DNA of 55,186 nucleotides from a virus. Its lineage: Duplodnaviria > Caudoviricetes. The position numbers and the translations under genes are program-made. Positions 1 to 8,955 of the stretch are shown here, piece by piece. Where the stretch lies: positions 1 to 55,186 of IMG/VR virus record IMGVR_UViG_3300030104_000268. One strand, 5' to 3'. Position 1 is the stretch's first letter; every line of letters starts with the position of its first letter. Under the pieces are notes generated by a model that saw only the letters and a program-made list of their open reading frames with translations, made no database searches and had not been told where the DNA came from.

Positions 1-77
1 CTACTTGTGCTAGTTCAGGCATATTATTTTCTCCTTATGTTGGGGCCAGCTATTACACTGGGTAGCCTTATTATTTT
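1..77. repeat. Exact 77-bp repeat of 54816-54892 (contig-end overlap)
   Basis: Base-by-base identity, with divergence at 78/54893. Confidence 0.95.
42..67 (-). promoter_or_regulatory. Scaffold-gene leader hairpin (duplicate of 54857-54882)
   Basis: GG-CUAC-CCAG-loop-CUGG-CC-CC just upstream of the AAGGAG RBS. Confidence 0.5.
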
Positions 78-3000
78 CTTTGCATTAAACCGCCTTTGTT
101 ACGTCCTCCAGAAGGCCCTGTATATCCACCAAAATTACTGGTATCTTCTATACCACCTGTTTTTTCTTTTTGTTTTTCTCTGGCTCCTTCTTGAGCAGCT
201 TTTACTTCTGGACTTTGTGATCTTAATGTCTCTGTTTTTCTTCTCTCATCTTGCATTTGTTGTAGCATTTTTTGTGATTCAGATGGTCCATCATCACCAC
301 TATCTTTAGTAGTAGTGGCTTTAGTAGCTGTGGCATCACTATTCATCCAAGCATTTAATTCTTTCCTAGTTGTTGTGCCATCATCATCAATATCAGCAAC
401 ACCTCTAGCACCCCTAGTTCTAAGTGTCCCTGATGCTAAGGTAGATACTAATTTAGGGTCAAGATTATTATCTTCTGCATATTTATCAACTCTACCCTTT
501 AATTTATTATAAGTATCATCATCTATCTTACCAGCAGCTTTTGCTAACTCAATAGACGAAAATGCTTTAGAAACATTACCTAGTTTGTCTATACCCTCTA
601 CAAGACTTATAACTGGAGTTTTTAAGCCAAATATACCTGAAGATTTTGGTTCTGTTAATATACTATCTACATAACCAGACACGTTATTAAAGTCTACTTC
701 TTTATACCAAGGATCTTTTGGTTCAGGTGTAAATCCACTACCACTATCACTACCACCACCTCCACTTGTAGGTTGTTGTATTGGTTTTGGTGCTGTTGTT
801 TTATAACCTTGAGATATTAATTGATCATATCTTTCTTGATCTTGTGGTAATATTAAATTTACAACTTCACCATTAGGTCCATAAAGTGTTGTTGGTTTTT
901 GGGGTTGTGGTGTTATAGACCCTGGACCTGTAGCTTCCCAACTAAATCCTGTACCTATATTAGGCATAAAAGGACTACCACCTAAAGACATACCCTGTGG
1001 TTGTTGATACATAGACTTTTGTTGTTGATAGGGATCTGCCATTTGAACCACACCACCGTTAGCCATCCTTTGTAACTCTTGCATTTCTTCACCACTAAGA
1101 GGTCCACCCATAGCCATTTGTTTTGGTGCTGGTGGCATTGGAGCCTGAGTCATAGGTGGTTGTCCAGCCTTGGGTCCACCTACAGGTACAGGTTCTCCAC
1201 CTATACGTCCATCACGTTCCATCTGACCAAGACCACCCTTAGCTTTGTTACGTAAATCCTCAAAGTGTTTTACTCCATAGTATTGTACTACATCAGCAGG
1301 AACTACATACTCACCCTCTGATAACTGTGCAGGTATATCATCTCTTACTTCTTTAGCCATAGAACCAGGTGGTATTTGATTACCTGACACAGGGTCTACC
1401 TTCATACCATCATCCTTCAGACCACCCTGTTGCATGAAAGCCATTTGCATTTGTCTGTTCATTGTTACCCCACCCTCGTTAAATATTCTTAGTTTACCAT
1501 CTTTTGTTCTTACTGCCATTTCTTTTAAATCAGAAATAGTAGCAGTTTTAACATTTTTTGCTAAAACAAGAGGACCAACTTGTATCATCTCATCAGCATC
1601 AAATACAATTTTTCCTGTTTTCTTACCATAGAATTGACTTCCTCTGTAGGGATTCATTCCTACTTGTGTCCATTCTTTTGAACCAGACTCTATAATAGAT
1701 GCAGCCATTTCCTGTAGTTCGTAAGGATCTTCTGGGACGTACTCACCAACAGCACGAGCTATTGTAGATTTACCAAAAGGTTTTTCTTCACCAGTTTTTT
1801 TAACTAGTATTTTACCTCTAGCAATATCTAAAGCTTCTTTTGATTGAGATCCAAACCTAACATTCTTTAGTCTTATTGCTTGTCCATACCCTAAAACAGA
1901 CCCTTTTAAATTTATTTTTTCTTTAGTGCCACCATCGTGTATAGACACAACCCACTTATCATACTTGTTATAGGCAGGAATATCTAAACGTGTTCCTAAT
2001 AATTGACCTTTTTTTAAATCAAAACCTTTTACACCAAGTATACCATAGTCTTTTGCTTTTTTACCCATTGACCCTGTTACATCAGTTACAGTAGGCATCA
2101 TGTTTCGTACTTCATCAGCAGTATATTCTTTTGGTGGAGGTATAGCATCACCAACACGTTTACGAGCTTCCTTAGATGTTATATCACCTCTGTATAAAGC
2201 TTCTGCTGCTGCTTCAGAATCTGTAGGATTTTCTTGTCTTTTACCTTTTCCACCCTCTTTTTTTTGCCAAGCCTTTAATGCGTCAGGATCATCAATAAGT
2301 CTTTCTGCTTCTTTTACATCTGCAGCTCTATTAAATAATTTTGTATCTGTAGGAGTTTTTTTAAAAGGTTCATCTACAATACCAGAAGCAGTGGATTTTA
2401 ATCTAATATTACCACCCATCATACCTACAGCATTAGGATCAACTTCAACACGTTTGGCTGTATCAAGTGCTTTTCTTGAACCAGCCATAAATGCATCTGC
2501 TGCATCATCAAGTTGGGTTAGACTTCTAGCACCTGCCATACCAGCAAAAGCCTCTGGTATAGAATATAAATCCCTAGCCATACGTTTTTCTAATTGTTCT
2601 GTGGGCATAGCTTGTGATACAGCACCCACAGCATATTTAAAAGCAGTGTCAGCTAAACTTAAACCAGAAAGGCCCATATCTTTAAGGTAGTCTATAGAGC
2701 GTTTATAGGCAGTAAATAAAGCAGGGTCTTCGGGATCTACATCAATCTTACCTGCATCCATAAACCTTTCTTTTGTTTCTTCCCAAGAGTCAGAAGCAAA
2801 GTCTCTAGCAGTAAAATTTTTAGGTTTATTAGTAGTATAGTCATTATCTGCAGAGGGTAACATTAAGGATTGCATCTGTTTTGTTAAACCACCTTTTTGC
2901 ATACCGTAACCTGGTGTGCCTTTTTTCTCATAAAAAAATAAAGGGTTTTCGTCTTTTACGCCTTCCCAAGGTTTACTGTCTCTGGTTATTCTTCTTACTG

Positions 3001-3811
3001 AAAGAACATTTTCTAAATCAAAATTTTTAATAGAGACTGCACCTTCTGTAAACTCACCCTCTGATGAGCGTTCAATAGTAGCACCCATACCACCTTGATT
3101 ACCACCAAGCATTTTAATTTCATCCTTACGACTAGGAAAACCACCTGCCCTGTCACCAGGATAAAAACCTACATGATCTCCTATCCCATGACCAGGTGTT
3201 CCAGGTGGATCAAAATCAAGAACAATTAAATCACCCTCTTTAATATCACTAAGTTCTATTGCTTCTCCATAGTTTACATATTCTCTAGCTCTTACTCTTG
3301 CGTAAGATTCTTCAGAACCTAATTTAACACCTGGATTTAATCTATCAGCACCAATTTTAGTTAGTGTAGCATCTACAAACGCAGCACACCAAGCTATATC
3401 TCTAGGATCATAATCTTCTCTACCTACTGCATTTTTAAAAAAACCTATTATAGCATCTCTATGCTCTTTAATATTTTCATCTAAATTTAACCCTGGTATT
3501 TGTATACCAGTGTTCCCAATCATTTTACCTCTAGTAAGCATATTAGCGTAAAGAACTGCTTGAATAGGATTTTCTGTTTGATTTACGTCCTCAATATAAT
3601 CTTCTGCTTTTTGTAAAAGAAGATCTGTTGGTGTAGCTATATCTCTACGTATTTGAGGAGACATAATTGGTTGACCATCATCAGTCTTATCCCTACCAGT
3701 AACCATAGCTGCCATTTGATCAGAAAGTTTAGCAACGGGTTTACCAATAGGAACTACATCATCAGGTTTAATCTTTGGCCTTAAACTTTCATCTACTGCT
3801 GTTTTAACCAT
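71..3811 (-). CDS. Large modular internal virion/ejection protein: N-terminal TIGR02594/NlpC-P60-CHAP-like peptidoglycan hydrolase, central 'RLDIPAY..NPY' domain, 'DDIPAQLSEGEYVV' domain, eight xxGG motifs
   Basis: AWCAAFV...GDHVGFY...LGGNQ Cys/His motif; lies between portal and scaffold in circular order; low-complexity P/Q linkers. Confidence 0.7.
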   Translation of the reverse strand: MVKTAVDESLRPKIKPDDVVPIGKPVAKLSDQMAAMVTGRDKTDDGQPIMSPQIRRDIATPTDLLLQKAEDYIEDVNQTENPIQAVLYANMLTRGKMIGNTGIQIPGLNLDENIKEHRDAIIGFFKNAVGREDYDPRDIAWCAAFVDATLTKIGADRLNPGVKLGSEESYARVRAREYVNYGEAIELSDIKEGDLIVLDFDPPGTPGHGIGDHVGFYPGDRAGGFPSRKDEIKMLGGNQGGMGATIERSSEGEFTEGAVSIKNFDLENVLSVRRITRDSKPWEGVKDENPLFFYEKKGTPGYGMQKGGLTKQMQSLMLPSADNDYTTNKPKNFTARDFASDSWEETKERFMDAGKIDVDPEDPALFTAYKRSIDYLKDMGLSGLSLADTAFKYAVGAVSQAMPTEQLEKRMARDLYSIPEAFAGMAGARSLTQLDDAADAFMAGSRKALDTAKRVEVDPNAVGMMGGNIRLKSTASGIVDEPFKKTPTDTKLFNRAADVKEAERLIDDPDALKAWQKKEGGKGKRQENPTDSEAAAEALYRGDITSKEARKRVGDAIPPPKEYTADEVRNMMPTVTDVTGSMGKKAKDYGILGVKGFDLKKGQLLGTRLDIPAYNKYDKWVVSIHDGGTKEKINLKGSVLGYGQAIRLKNVRFGSQSKEALDIARGKILVKKTGEEKPFGKSTIARAVGEYVPEDPYELQEMAASIIESGSKEWTQVGMNPYRGSQFYGKKTGKIVFDADEMIQVGPLVLAKNVKTATISDLKEMAVRTKDGKLRIFNEGGVTMNRQMQMAFMQQGGLKDDGMKVDPVSGNQIPPGSMAKEVRDDIPAQLSEGEYVVPADVVQYYGVKHFEDLRNKAKGGLGQMERDGRIGGEPVPVGGPKAGQPPMTQAPMPPAPKQMAMGGPLSGEEMQELQRMANGGVVQMADPYQQQKSMYQQPQGMSLGGSPFMPNIGTGFSWEATGPGSITPQPQKPTTLYGPNGEVVNLILPQDQERYDQLISQGYKTTAPKPIQQPTSGGGGSDSGSGFTPEPKDPWYKEVDFNNVSGYVDSILTEPKSSGIFGLKTPVISLVEGIDKLGNVSKAFSSIELAKAAGKIDDDTYNKLKGRVDKYAEDNNLDPKLVSTLASGTLRTRGARGVADIDDDGTTTRKELNAWMNSDATATKATTTKDSGDDGPSESQKMLQQMQDERRKTETLRSQSPEVKAAQEGAREKQKEKTGGIEDTSNFGGYTGPSGGRNKGGLMQRK
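307..364. repeat. 58-bp exact repeat of 55128-55185
   Basis: tagtagtagtggctttagtagc...atttaattcttt is identical at both places. Confidence 0.9.
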
Positions 3812-4013
3812 TTACTTTGTCTCTTAATCTTACTAAAGAACGTAAGGCACGTATCTCACCCTGTAGTCTAAACATCTCATCTGGTTCTCTAGACTGTTCC
3901 AGTGCAATCTGTGACATTATTATACGTTCACCTATCTCTTCTAGAAACGGATTGTATAACTCTGGATTATTTACAAAAGGTTTAAGTGTATTATTCACGA
4001 CTAGTTTCATCAC
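3804..4013 (-). CDS. Small conserved portal-adjacent protein
   Basis: 69-aa helical ORF overlapping the portal stop and the next start; RLQGEIRAL segment. Confidence 0.65.
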   Translation of the reverse strand: MMKLVVNNTLKPFVNNPELYNPFLEEIGERIIMSQIALEQSREPDEMFRLQGEIRALRSLVRLRDKVNG

Positions 4014-6112
4014 TGTATTGGTTGCTCATTGCCTGAGAAGCCCTGTTCTCCTGGCTGAGGGGCTGTTCCTGTTCCTATAGTACCTCCCCCACTACCTTGC
4101 GTATCCTGCACTCCTGCGCCAGCAGGTGGCTTCTGTGGAGATGGTGGCTGGTTTACACCCTGTTGGGGTGATGGTGGATCAGGGTTTGCTTCCTTAAACT
4201 TCTTGAGTATCTCTGCCTGTATTGCAGCCTCAGTCATATTATTACCCACTTTGTCAGGATCAAGGTCCATAGACTTAGCAATCTCACGAACTACATAATC
4301 CATTCTAAAAAATGGTGCTAGTGTTGGATTCTGTCCTATTTGCAAGAATTGCATCAGGCGTTGGCTACGTACTTCATTAGCCATTAGACTTTCTGTACCA
4401 CGGGCCTTAATCTCTAAGTCACCCTTAATCTCTTGGTCAAAGTCAAACTGCATGTTAAAATTAAAAAATGCTTTACCCAGTGGTGCTAGTAGGTAGTCAT
4501 CTATATTTTTTACAACATTGCGGATAGAACCATTAGCAGCAGACATAAGCATAGAGATACCAGAAGCAGTACGCCCCACACCACTGACGCCAGTTTGACC
4601 ATGTGCAAAACTTGGAAATCCCGTACTTTCATCTGCTAACACCCTTGCCTTATCAAACATCTGCATGTTTTCACTACTTACATTAGGAAACTTTGTACCA
4701 AAAATGGCTTGACCTGGAGCACCACCCTGTCTCCTAAATATCTTACCAGGATATACGGATAAGTCTTGTCCAGGGACTAGGTTAGTTTCATCTACCTCAA
4801 TTAACAAGTTGCCTGACAGTGCAGCATTATCCACTGCCATACGCATAAACCCATTCATCAAAGTCTGTGTGTCATCCATGTTTTCAGCAATACCCACACC
4901 AAAGATACTGTAAGGATTCATCTCATAAGGGGCGGCAAAATAAGGAATGTAAGCAGGAGTAAAAGGATTCATTACCAAACGTAGCACCTGACCATTACAT
5001 GTCCAGACATTTACACTTAGTTGCTCTGTATCCCGTAACTCTTTTGGTATTTCTATGTCTTGTTCTTCCAGTATCTCAGTATCAACAAAACCCCAAAACT
5101 CCAATACCTCAAACCGTTCTGATTTAGATTCCTGTGCATCATCCTCCATAGCTTGTTCCCACCACTCTTTTGTGTAGGACTCGCCTAAAGACAAGGCATT
5201 ATCTATTGTATTTTTTCTAAAGTATGGTCTGTTTTTTAATGCACGTAGTTGAGAACGAGACATTTTGTGGCGTTCCACAATATACTCTGCCTCTTCCATT
5301 GTAGCTGCATCAGGGTCAGGGTAGAAGTTCCAAATAGAAACGCTAGTAGTTTGTGGTATTGTTTTAAATACTGGAGAGTAATTACCCTCCTCATCCCAGT
5401 TAGGATACTCTTTATCCACGGCAAACGGACCCTTCATAATCCCAGTGCCAAACAAGGCTGACTCAAATGCTGCAGCCCTCATGTGTTTCTTTGCATGGGA
5501 CTCTTCTAACTGATCATGTATCTTTTTCTCCATCTTCTTTGCTGCAACTTCTGCAGGATAGAACTGTGGAGATGTTGGTGTTTTAGCATAGCCAGGTTCT
5601 AACTTATCCATTACAGGTTCTAAGTTATCTCTTAGAGCACCAAGACGTTCCTGAAACTCTGGGTATGTTTCGCCAGGAAGTAACTCAGGCATACCCTCTT
5701 TTGCTTTTGTTTGTTCTGGATTAGTTTCAAAGTTTACAACTTCCTCCACACCTTCAGGAAGTCTGGTTGGATCAATGCTAATAGGAAACTTATTACCACC
5801 AAAAAGTACATCCGCTATCTGACCATAAGCAGCAAGAACTTTTGTTTTAGTTATCTTAACAAATACCTGAGACTTTTCTGTAGAAGTAAACTGTACATCT
5901 GGTCCGTATATACCACGATAGTTTCTATAGGCTTGTATCCAACGGTGTTCCTCTGTCTCTCTTGCATTTTCTGCTTTTTCAAATCTTTCTTTTACAAAAC
6001 CTACGATTTGACCAGCTTTAGGGTCAGAATATTCTTCTTCTTTAACATCCTCTATAGAAGAAGTTTCCTCCATATCCATAAGCATATCTTCTGTGTCAAA
6101 TTCTTCTGCCAT
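4010..6112 (-). CDS. Portal (head-tail connector) protein
   Basis: ~700 aa directly downstream of TerL; P22-like portal features (FYPDP, GRTASGISML); start moved to the ATG at 6112 with RBS. Confidence 0.88.
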   Translation of the reverse strand: MAEEFDTEDMLMDMEETSSIEDVKEEEYSDPKAGQIVGFVKERFEKAENARETEEHRWIQAYRNYRGIYGPDVQFTSTEKSQVFVKITKTKVLAAYGQIADVLFGGNKFPISIDPTRLPEGVEEVVNFETNPEQTKAKEGMPELLPGETYPEFQERLGALRDNLEPVMDKLEPGYAKTPTSPQFYPAEVAAKKMEKKIHDQLEESHAKKHMRAAAFESALFGTGIMKGPFAVDKEYPNWDEEGNYSPVFKTIPQTTSVSIWNFYPDPDAATMEEAEYIVERHKMSRSQLRALKNRPYFRKNTIDNALSLGESYTKEWWEQAMEDDAQESKSERFEVLEFWGFVDTEILEEQDIEIPKELRDTEQLSVNVWTCNGQVLRLVMNPFTPAYIPYFAAPYEMNPYSIFGVGIAENMDDTQTLMNGFMRMAVDNAALSGNLLIEVDETNLVPGQDLSVYPGKIFRRQGGAPGQAIFGTKFPNVSSENMQMFDKARVLADESTGFPSFAHGQTGVSGVGRTASGISMLMSAANGSIRNVVKNIDDYLLAPLGKAFFNFNMQFDFDQEIKGDLEIKARGTESLMANEVRSQRLMQFLQIGQNPTLAPFFRMDYVVREIAKSMDLDPDKVGNNMTEAAIQAEILKKFKEANPDPPSPQQGVNQPPSPQKPPAGAGVQDTQGSGGGTIGTGTAPQPGEQGFSGNEQPIQ

Positions 6113-6246
6113 TAGTTTTCCTTCCAAGGCTCATTATTAAAGTCATTTTCTTGTTGACATCTAGGACAAAACTGATATTTTTCCGTGTTATAACTTGTTT
6201 CACATTTAAAACAAGTTTTTTGTATTTTAGTAACCAAATCTTGCAT
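6112..6246 (-). CDS. 44-aa zinc-ribbon microprotein (not in ORF track)
   Basis: Hand translation MQDLVTKIQKTCFKCETSYNTEKYQFCPRCQQENDFNNEPWKEN; CxxC-x11-CxxC; TAATG overlap with the portal start. Confidence 0.6.
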   Translation of the reverse strand: MQDLVTKIQKTCFKCETSYNTEKYQFCPRCQQENDFNNEPWKEN

Positions 6247-7774
6247 CTGACACTTGAAACCCTGACTTAGTTACAGCAGGATCAAAATCAAATATGTTAC
6301 TTCTTGGTCTAGTCATTACACCATAACGTAAAGCATCATATAAGTGATCCTCTGCATTTGTATTTACATCCTCTGGATTATTTTTATCAAGAGGTAAGGA
6401 AGGTAACTGAGAAATGGTATTAATACAATTATTAAAAAATACCAGTCTTGGTTCCTCAGTAAACTCATCAATCTGTAAACGTCTGTGTATTTCGTTTTTA
6501 CCTGCAACCCTTGACCCCCTTGATCTATCTGATGGCCTCCACCTACAACCTTTCATAATCATTTGTTCAGCAAGGCTAGGGCCAGTATCACCACGATTAT
6601 GCCACAGAGAAGAGTCCAAAACTCCATAACGCATCTTCTCCCCTTCTTCTACCTCTAGTATCATATCAGCTAGATCAGTAGCTATAACTTTAGATACATA
6701 CATTTCCCTATAAACTACAAGTTGTTCTGAGGGAGATACTGCAAACCAGAGAACTCCTGTGTGTGATCCATAACCATAGTCACAGGCTCTAAACTTAACC
6801 CAACTATTAGGTATGTCATATGGATCAACTACATGTTCTTTCCTATTAAACTCAGGAAATGCTGCTCCTTCTTGTATATCCCAGTCACCTTCTAGTAACT
6901 GTCTTCTTTGATGTTCTGGTAAAGATAAAAGGTTTGCCTCATACATACCATCGTCTGCCAGATACGGATTATCAAAGAGGGTGGCTGGTATAAATTTTCT
7001 TTTAAACAGAGGCTCACCCTCTTTAGTATGACCTTTAGGCCATGTAATTATATTTCCTGTGTCTATATCTGTTGCCCAAAAAGTTTCATTATGTGGAGCA
7101 GGATCAATAAAAGTTTTCTTAACCCACTGATGTCCTGGCCCACCTGGGTTAGTAGTTGCCCTCATGTATAAAGGTAATCCACTATCCTTTGATGACCTTA
7201 GCCTTGATCTCATATAGTTCCAAGGATAGGGTGTAGGCCACTGTGTAAGTTCATCAAACCCAATCCAGTTAAATGCCTGACCTTGGTAACGCATAACATC
7301 ATCATCACGGTCTAGGTAGGACATCCAGAGAGTTGCTCCACTTGGTGCTACCCAAGTCTTGTCTCTCTCCATAAACTTAATCCCAGGAACTGCTTTGGGG
7401 TACAGGTCTTTTGATATGGAAATAAGTTCTCTTAGTTCTTCTGTGCTTCTACGCACAAGCAACATACTAGCCTGTGAGTTACCAAAGTATCTAATAGGAT
7501 CAACAACTAGACTATAACTTTTACCACCACCTGCTGATCCTCCATAGAGCACCTCTTGTTCTGTTGCTGCAAGAAAAGAAGTCTGTGGCCCAGGATTAGG
7601 TTGAAAAAGTATTTTCTGTTTTGGTTTCTCAACCTCCTCAATAGATACCTTTGTCACTGGAGCCTTGGATTCTTTTAATGGTTTCTTCAATTTTCTGCGC
7701 TTTGGAACTCGCCTCTTTGTACCGTTGGGCATAGTAGCGTTGGTTTGCAAGATCTCTCTTAAATCTCGACTCAC
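6227..7774 (-). CDS. terL: Terminase large subunit
   Basis: Walker A GGSAGGGKS, Walker B WIGFDE, coupling motif TTNPGG, RNase H-like DYG...DH.YDALRY; true start probably downstream of 7774. Confidence 0.95.
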   Translation of the reverse strand: MSRDLREILQTNATMPNGTKRRVPKRRKLKKPLKESKAPVTKVSIEEVEKPKQKILFQPNPGPQTSFLAATEQEVLYGGSAGGGKSYSLVVDPIRYFGNSQASMLLVRRSTEELRELISISKDLYPKAVPGIKFMERDKTWVAPSGATLWMSYLDRDDDVMRYQGQAFNWIGFDELTQWPTPYPWNYMRSRLRSSKDSGLPLYMRATTNPGGPGHQWVKKTFIDPAPHNETFWATDIDTGNIITWPKGHTKEGEPLFKRKFIPATLFDNPYLADDGMYEANLLSLPEHQRRQLLEGDWDIQEGAAFPEFNRKEHVVDPYDIPNSWVKFRACDYGYGSHTGVLWFAVSPSEQLVVYREMYVSKVIATDLADMILEVEEGEKMRYGVLDSSLWHNRGDTGPSLAEQMIMKGCRWRPSDRSRGSRVAGKNEIHRRLQIDEFTEEPRLVFFNNCINTISQLPSLPLDKNNPEDVNTNAEDHLYDALRYGVMTRPRSNIFDFDPAVTKSGFQVSDARFGY

Positions 7775-8054
7775 GGTTTACCCTTTCATTCAAAGCTACG
7801 TAACTAATATCTCTCCCCGACTGTGTAGTTAACCAGTTTGCAACATCCCTGTAGCTATATTTTTTTAGGTGTTGTTTGGCTTGTTCATATAACTCTAACT
7901 CAGATGGTATTGGTAGTAGTATATCCTCATCTTTAGGATCTTGCTTATAACCAAACGGTACAACTCTACCAACTCTAACGACAGGATACCAGGTTCTTTT
8001 TCCTTCTATAAAGTCTGGTCTAGGTAGTCTCCAAGTTTTCTGTACCTTACTCAT
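7638..8054 (-). CDS. Putative DNA-binding protein with a recombinase-domain-like PFGY motif
   Basis: VVPFGYK followed by helical SYRDVANWL; sits between TerS and TerL. Confidence 0.5.
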   Translation of the reverse strand: MSKVQKTWRLPRPDFIEGKRTWYPVVRVGRVVPFGYKQDPKDEDILLPIPSELELYEQAKQHLKKYSYRDVANWLTTQSGRDISYVALNERVNRESRFKRDLANQRYYAQRYKEASSKAQKIEETIKRIQGSSDKGIY

Positions 8055-8412
8055 CTTCTTTCTCTGGTAAGATAAATAAAGGATTTGTTGCCTTAACTTC
8101 TACCTTATCAGTCTTAACAAATCCTGCCCTGTCTAATAAATCTTTTGCAGCAACAATCTTTTCTTTGTTACCTAAGTCTGTAGGATTATGCATTACCTCA
8201 GACATTGCCCATGCTGCCTTTGATCCACTGGATGCAATAAACTTTTTAGTAAGTTCTGAAATTTCTTCCTGCAGAGGCCCAGTTATTTGTGTAGAAGATG
8301 TATTAGGAGCATATCCAGCAGCCTTCATAGCAGCTACTGGATTGCCCTTGCACTCTTCCGTAAACAAAACATCTAAAAACTTTTGTTGTTTTTCTGTAAG
8401 ATTATGTGCCAT
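8047..8412 (-). CDS. terS: Terminase small subunit
   Basis: N-terminal LTEKQQKF...AAMKAAGY HTH-like motif, AAKDLLDRAG; upstream of TerL. Confidence 0.7.
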   Translation of the reverse strand: MAHNLTEKQQKFLDVLFTEECKGNPVAAMKAAGYAPNTSSTQITGPLQEEISELTKKFIASSGSKAAWAMSEVMHNPTDLGNKEKIVAAKDLLDRAGFVKTDKVEVKATNPLFILPEKEDE

Positions 8413-8545
8413 ATACTCTTTGCCATATCTCTGAACGAGATACTCCTATATCTTTTAATTGTTGATCTGACATATGTTCTAATTGCCAGTAAGCTACTTT
8501 TTTTTCTTGTGATTTTTTAATAAAATTATACATCCGTTTAAACAT
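8402..8545 (-). CDS. DUF1127-family small protein, 47 aa (not in ORF track)
   Basis: Hand translation MFKRMYNFIKKSQEKKVAYWQLEHMSDQQLKDIGVSRSEIWQRVYGT; L..M.D..L.DIG..R signature; AAGGAG RBS. Confidence 0.8.
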   Translation of the reverse strand: MFKRMYNFIKKSQEKKVAYWQLEHMSDQQLKDIGVSRSEIWQRVYGT

Positions 8546-8569
8546 TTCTATCTCCTTGTTATGGGGATA

Positions 8570-8597
8570 GTTTTACATATTTGATAGGTAAGTACAA
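8570..8597 (-). promoter_or_regulatory. Possible sigma70-like promoter for the DUF1127-terS-terL unit
   Basis: TTGTAC-N16-TAAAAC in an intergenic gap. Confidence 0.3.
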
Positions 8598-8638
8598 CTT
8601 ATATTTATGCAACCCCGTTATGTTGGGATTGCATATTT

Positions 8639-8941
8639 TTATGATAAAACTACACGCACTGTTGTAGATGTACTACTTGCACGTCTGTAGTTTAGTATTG
8701 TAGCATTGCCCACTGCCTTTGGTACAATGAAACTGTGTAGCCCTGCAGCTAACTCAATATCATTATCATCACAATCAGCTTCCGCAGCATCAAAATTAAT
8801 ATCAATTGCATGACTACAATGAATATATACTGTGCTTGCATTAGTGCAGACTACATGTGTTGTGTTGGTATTACTTAGGGTAACTGCAGTTTCTACAGAC
8901 CACCCTAAGTCTTCACCAATCAAACCAACTTGATCAGCCAT
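8639..8941 (-). CDS. Hypothetical beta-rich virion protein
   Basis: 100-aa ORF with AGGAG RBS; Thr/Ala/Val-rich. Confidence 0.55.
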   Translation of the reverse strand: MADQVGLIGEDLGWSVETAVTLSNTNTTHVVCTNASTVYIHCSHAIDINFDAAEADCDDNDIELAAGLHSFIVPKAVGNATILNYRRASSTSTTVRVVLS

Positions 8942-8955
8942 GATTATCTCCTAAC

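Noticed and set aside
1-77. Terminal repeat as the biological direct terminal repeat of the virion DNA
   Set aside because: It falls inside the late operon at a gene boundary, equals a common k-mer length and is followed by divergent alleles; an assembly overlap is more likely.
78-306. Diversity-generating retroelement (TR/VR pair) or invertible shufflon explaining the two alleles
   Set aside because: The alleles differ throughout rather than only at adenines, no reverse transcriptase is present, and the repeats are direct, not inverted.
7-2690. + strand ORFs 7-309, 315-512, 1434-1631, 2100-2690, and similar antisense ORFs elsewhere
   Set aside because: They are shadows of long genes on the opposite strand, without RBS or recognisable motifs.
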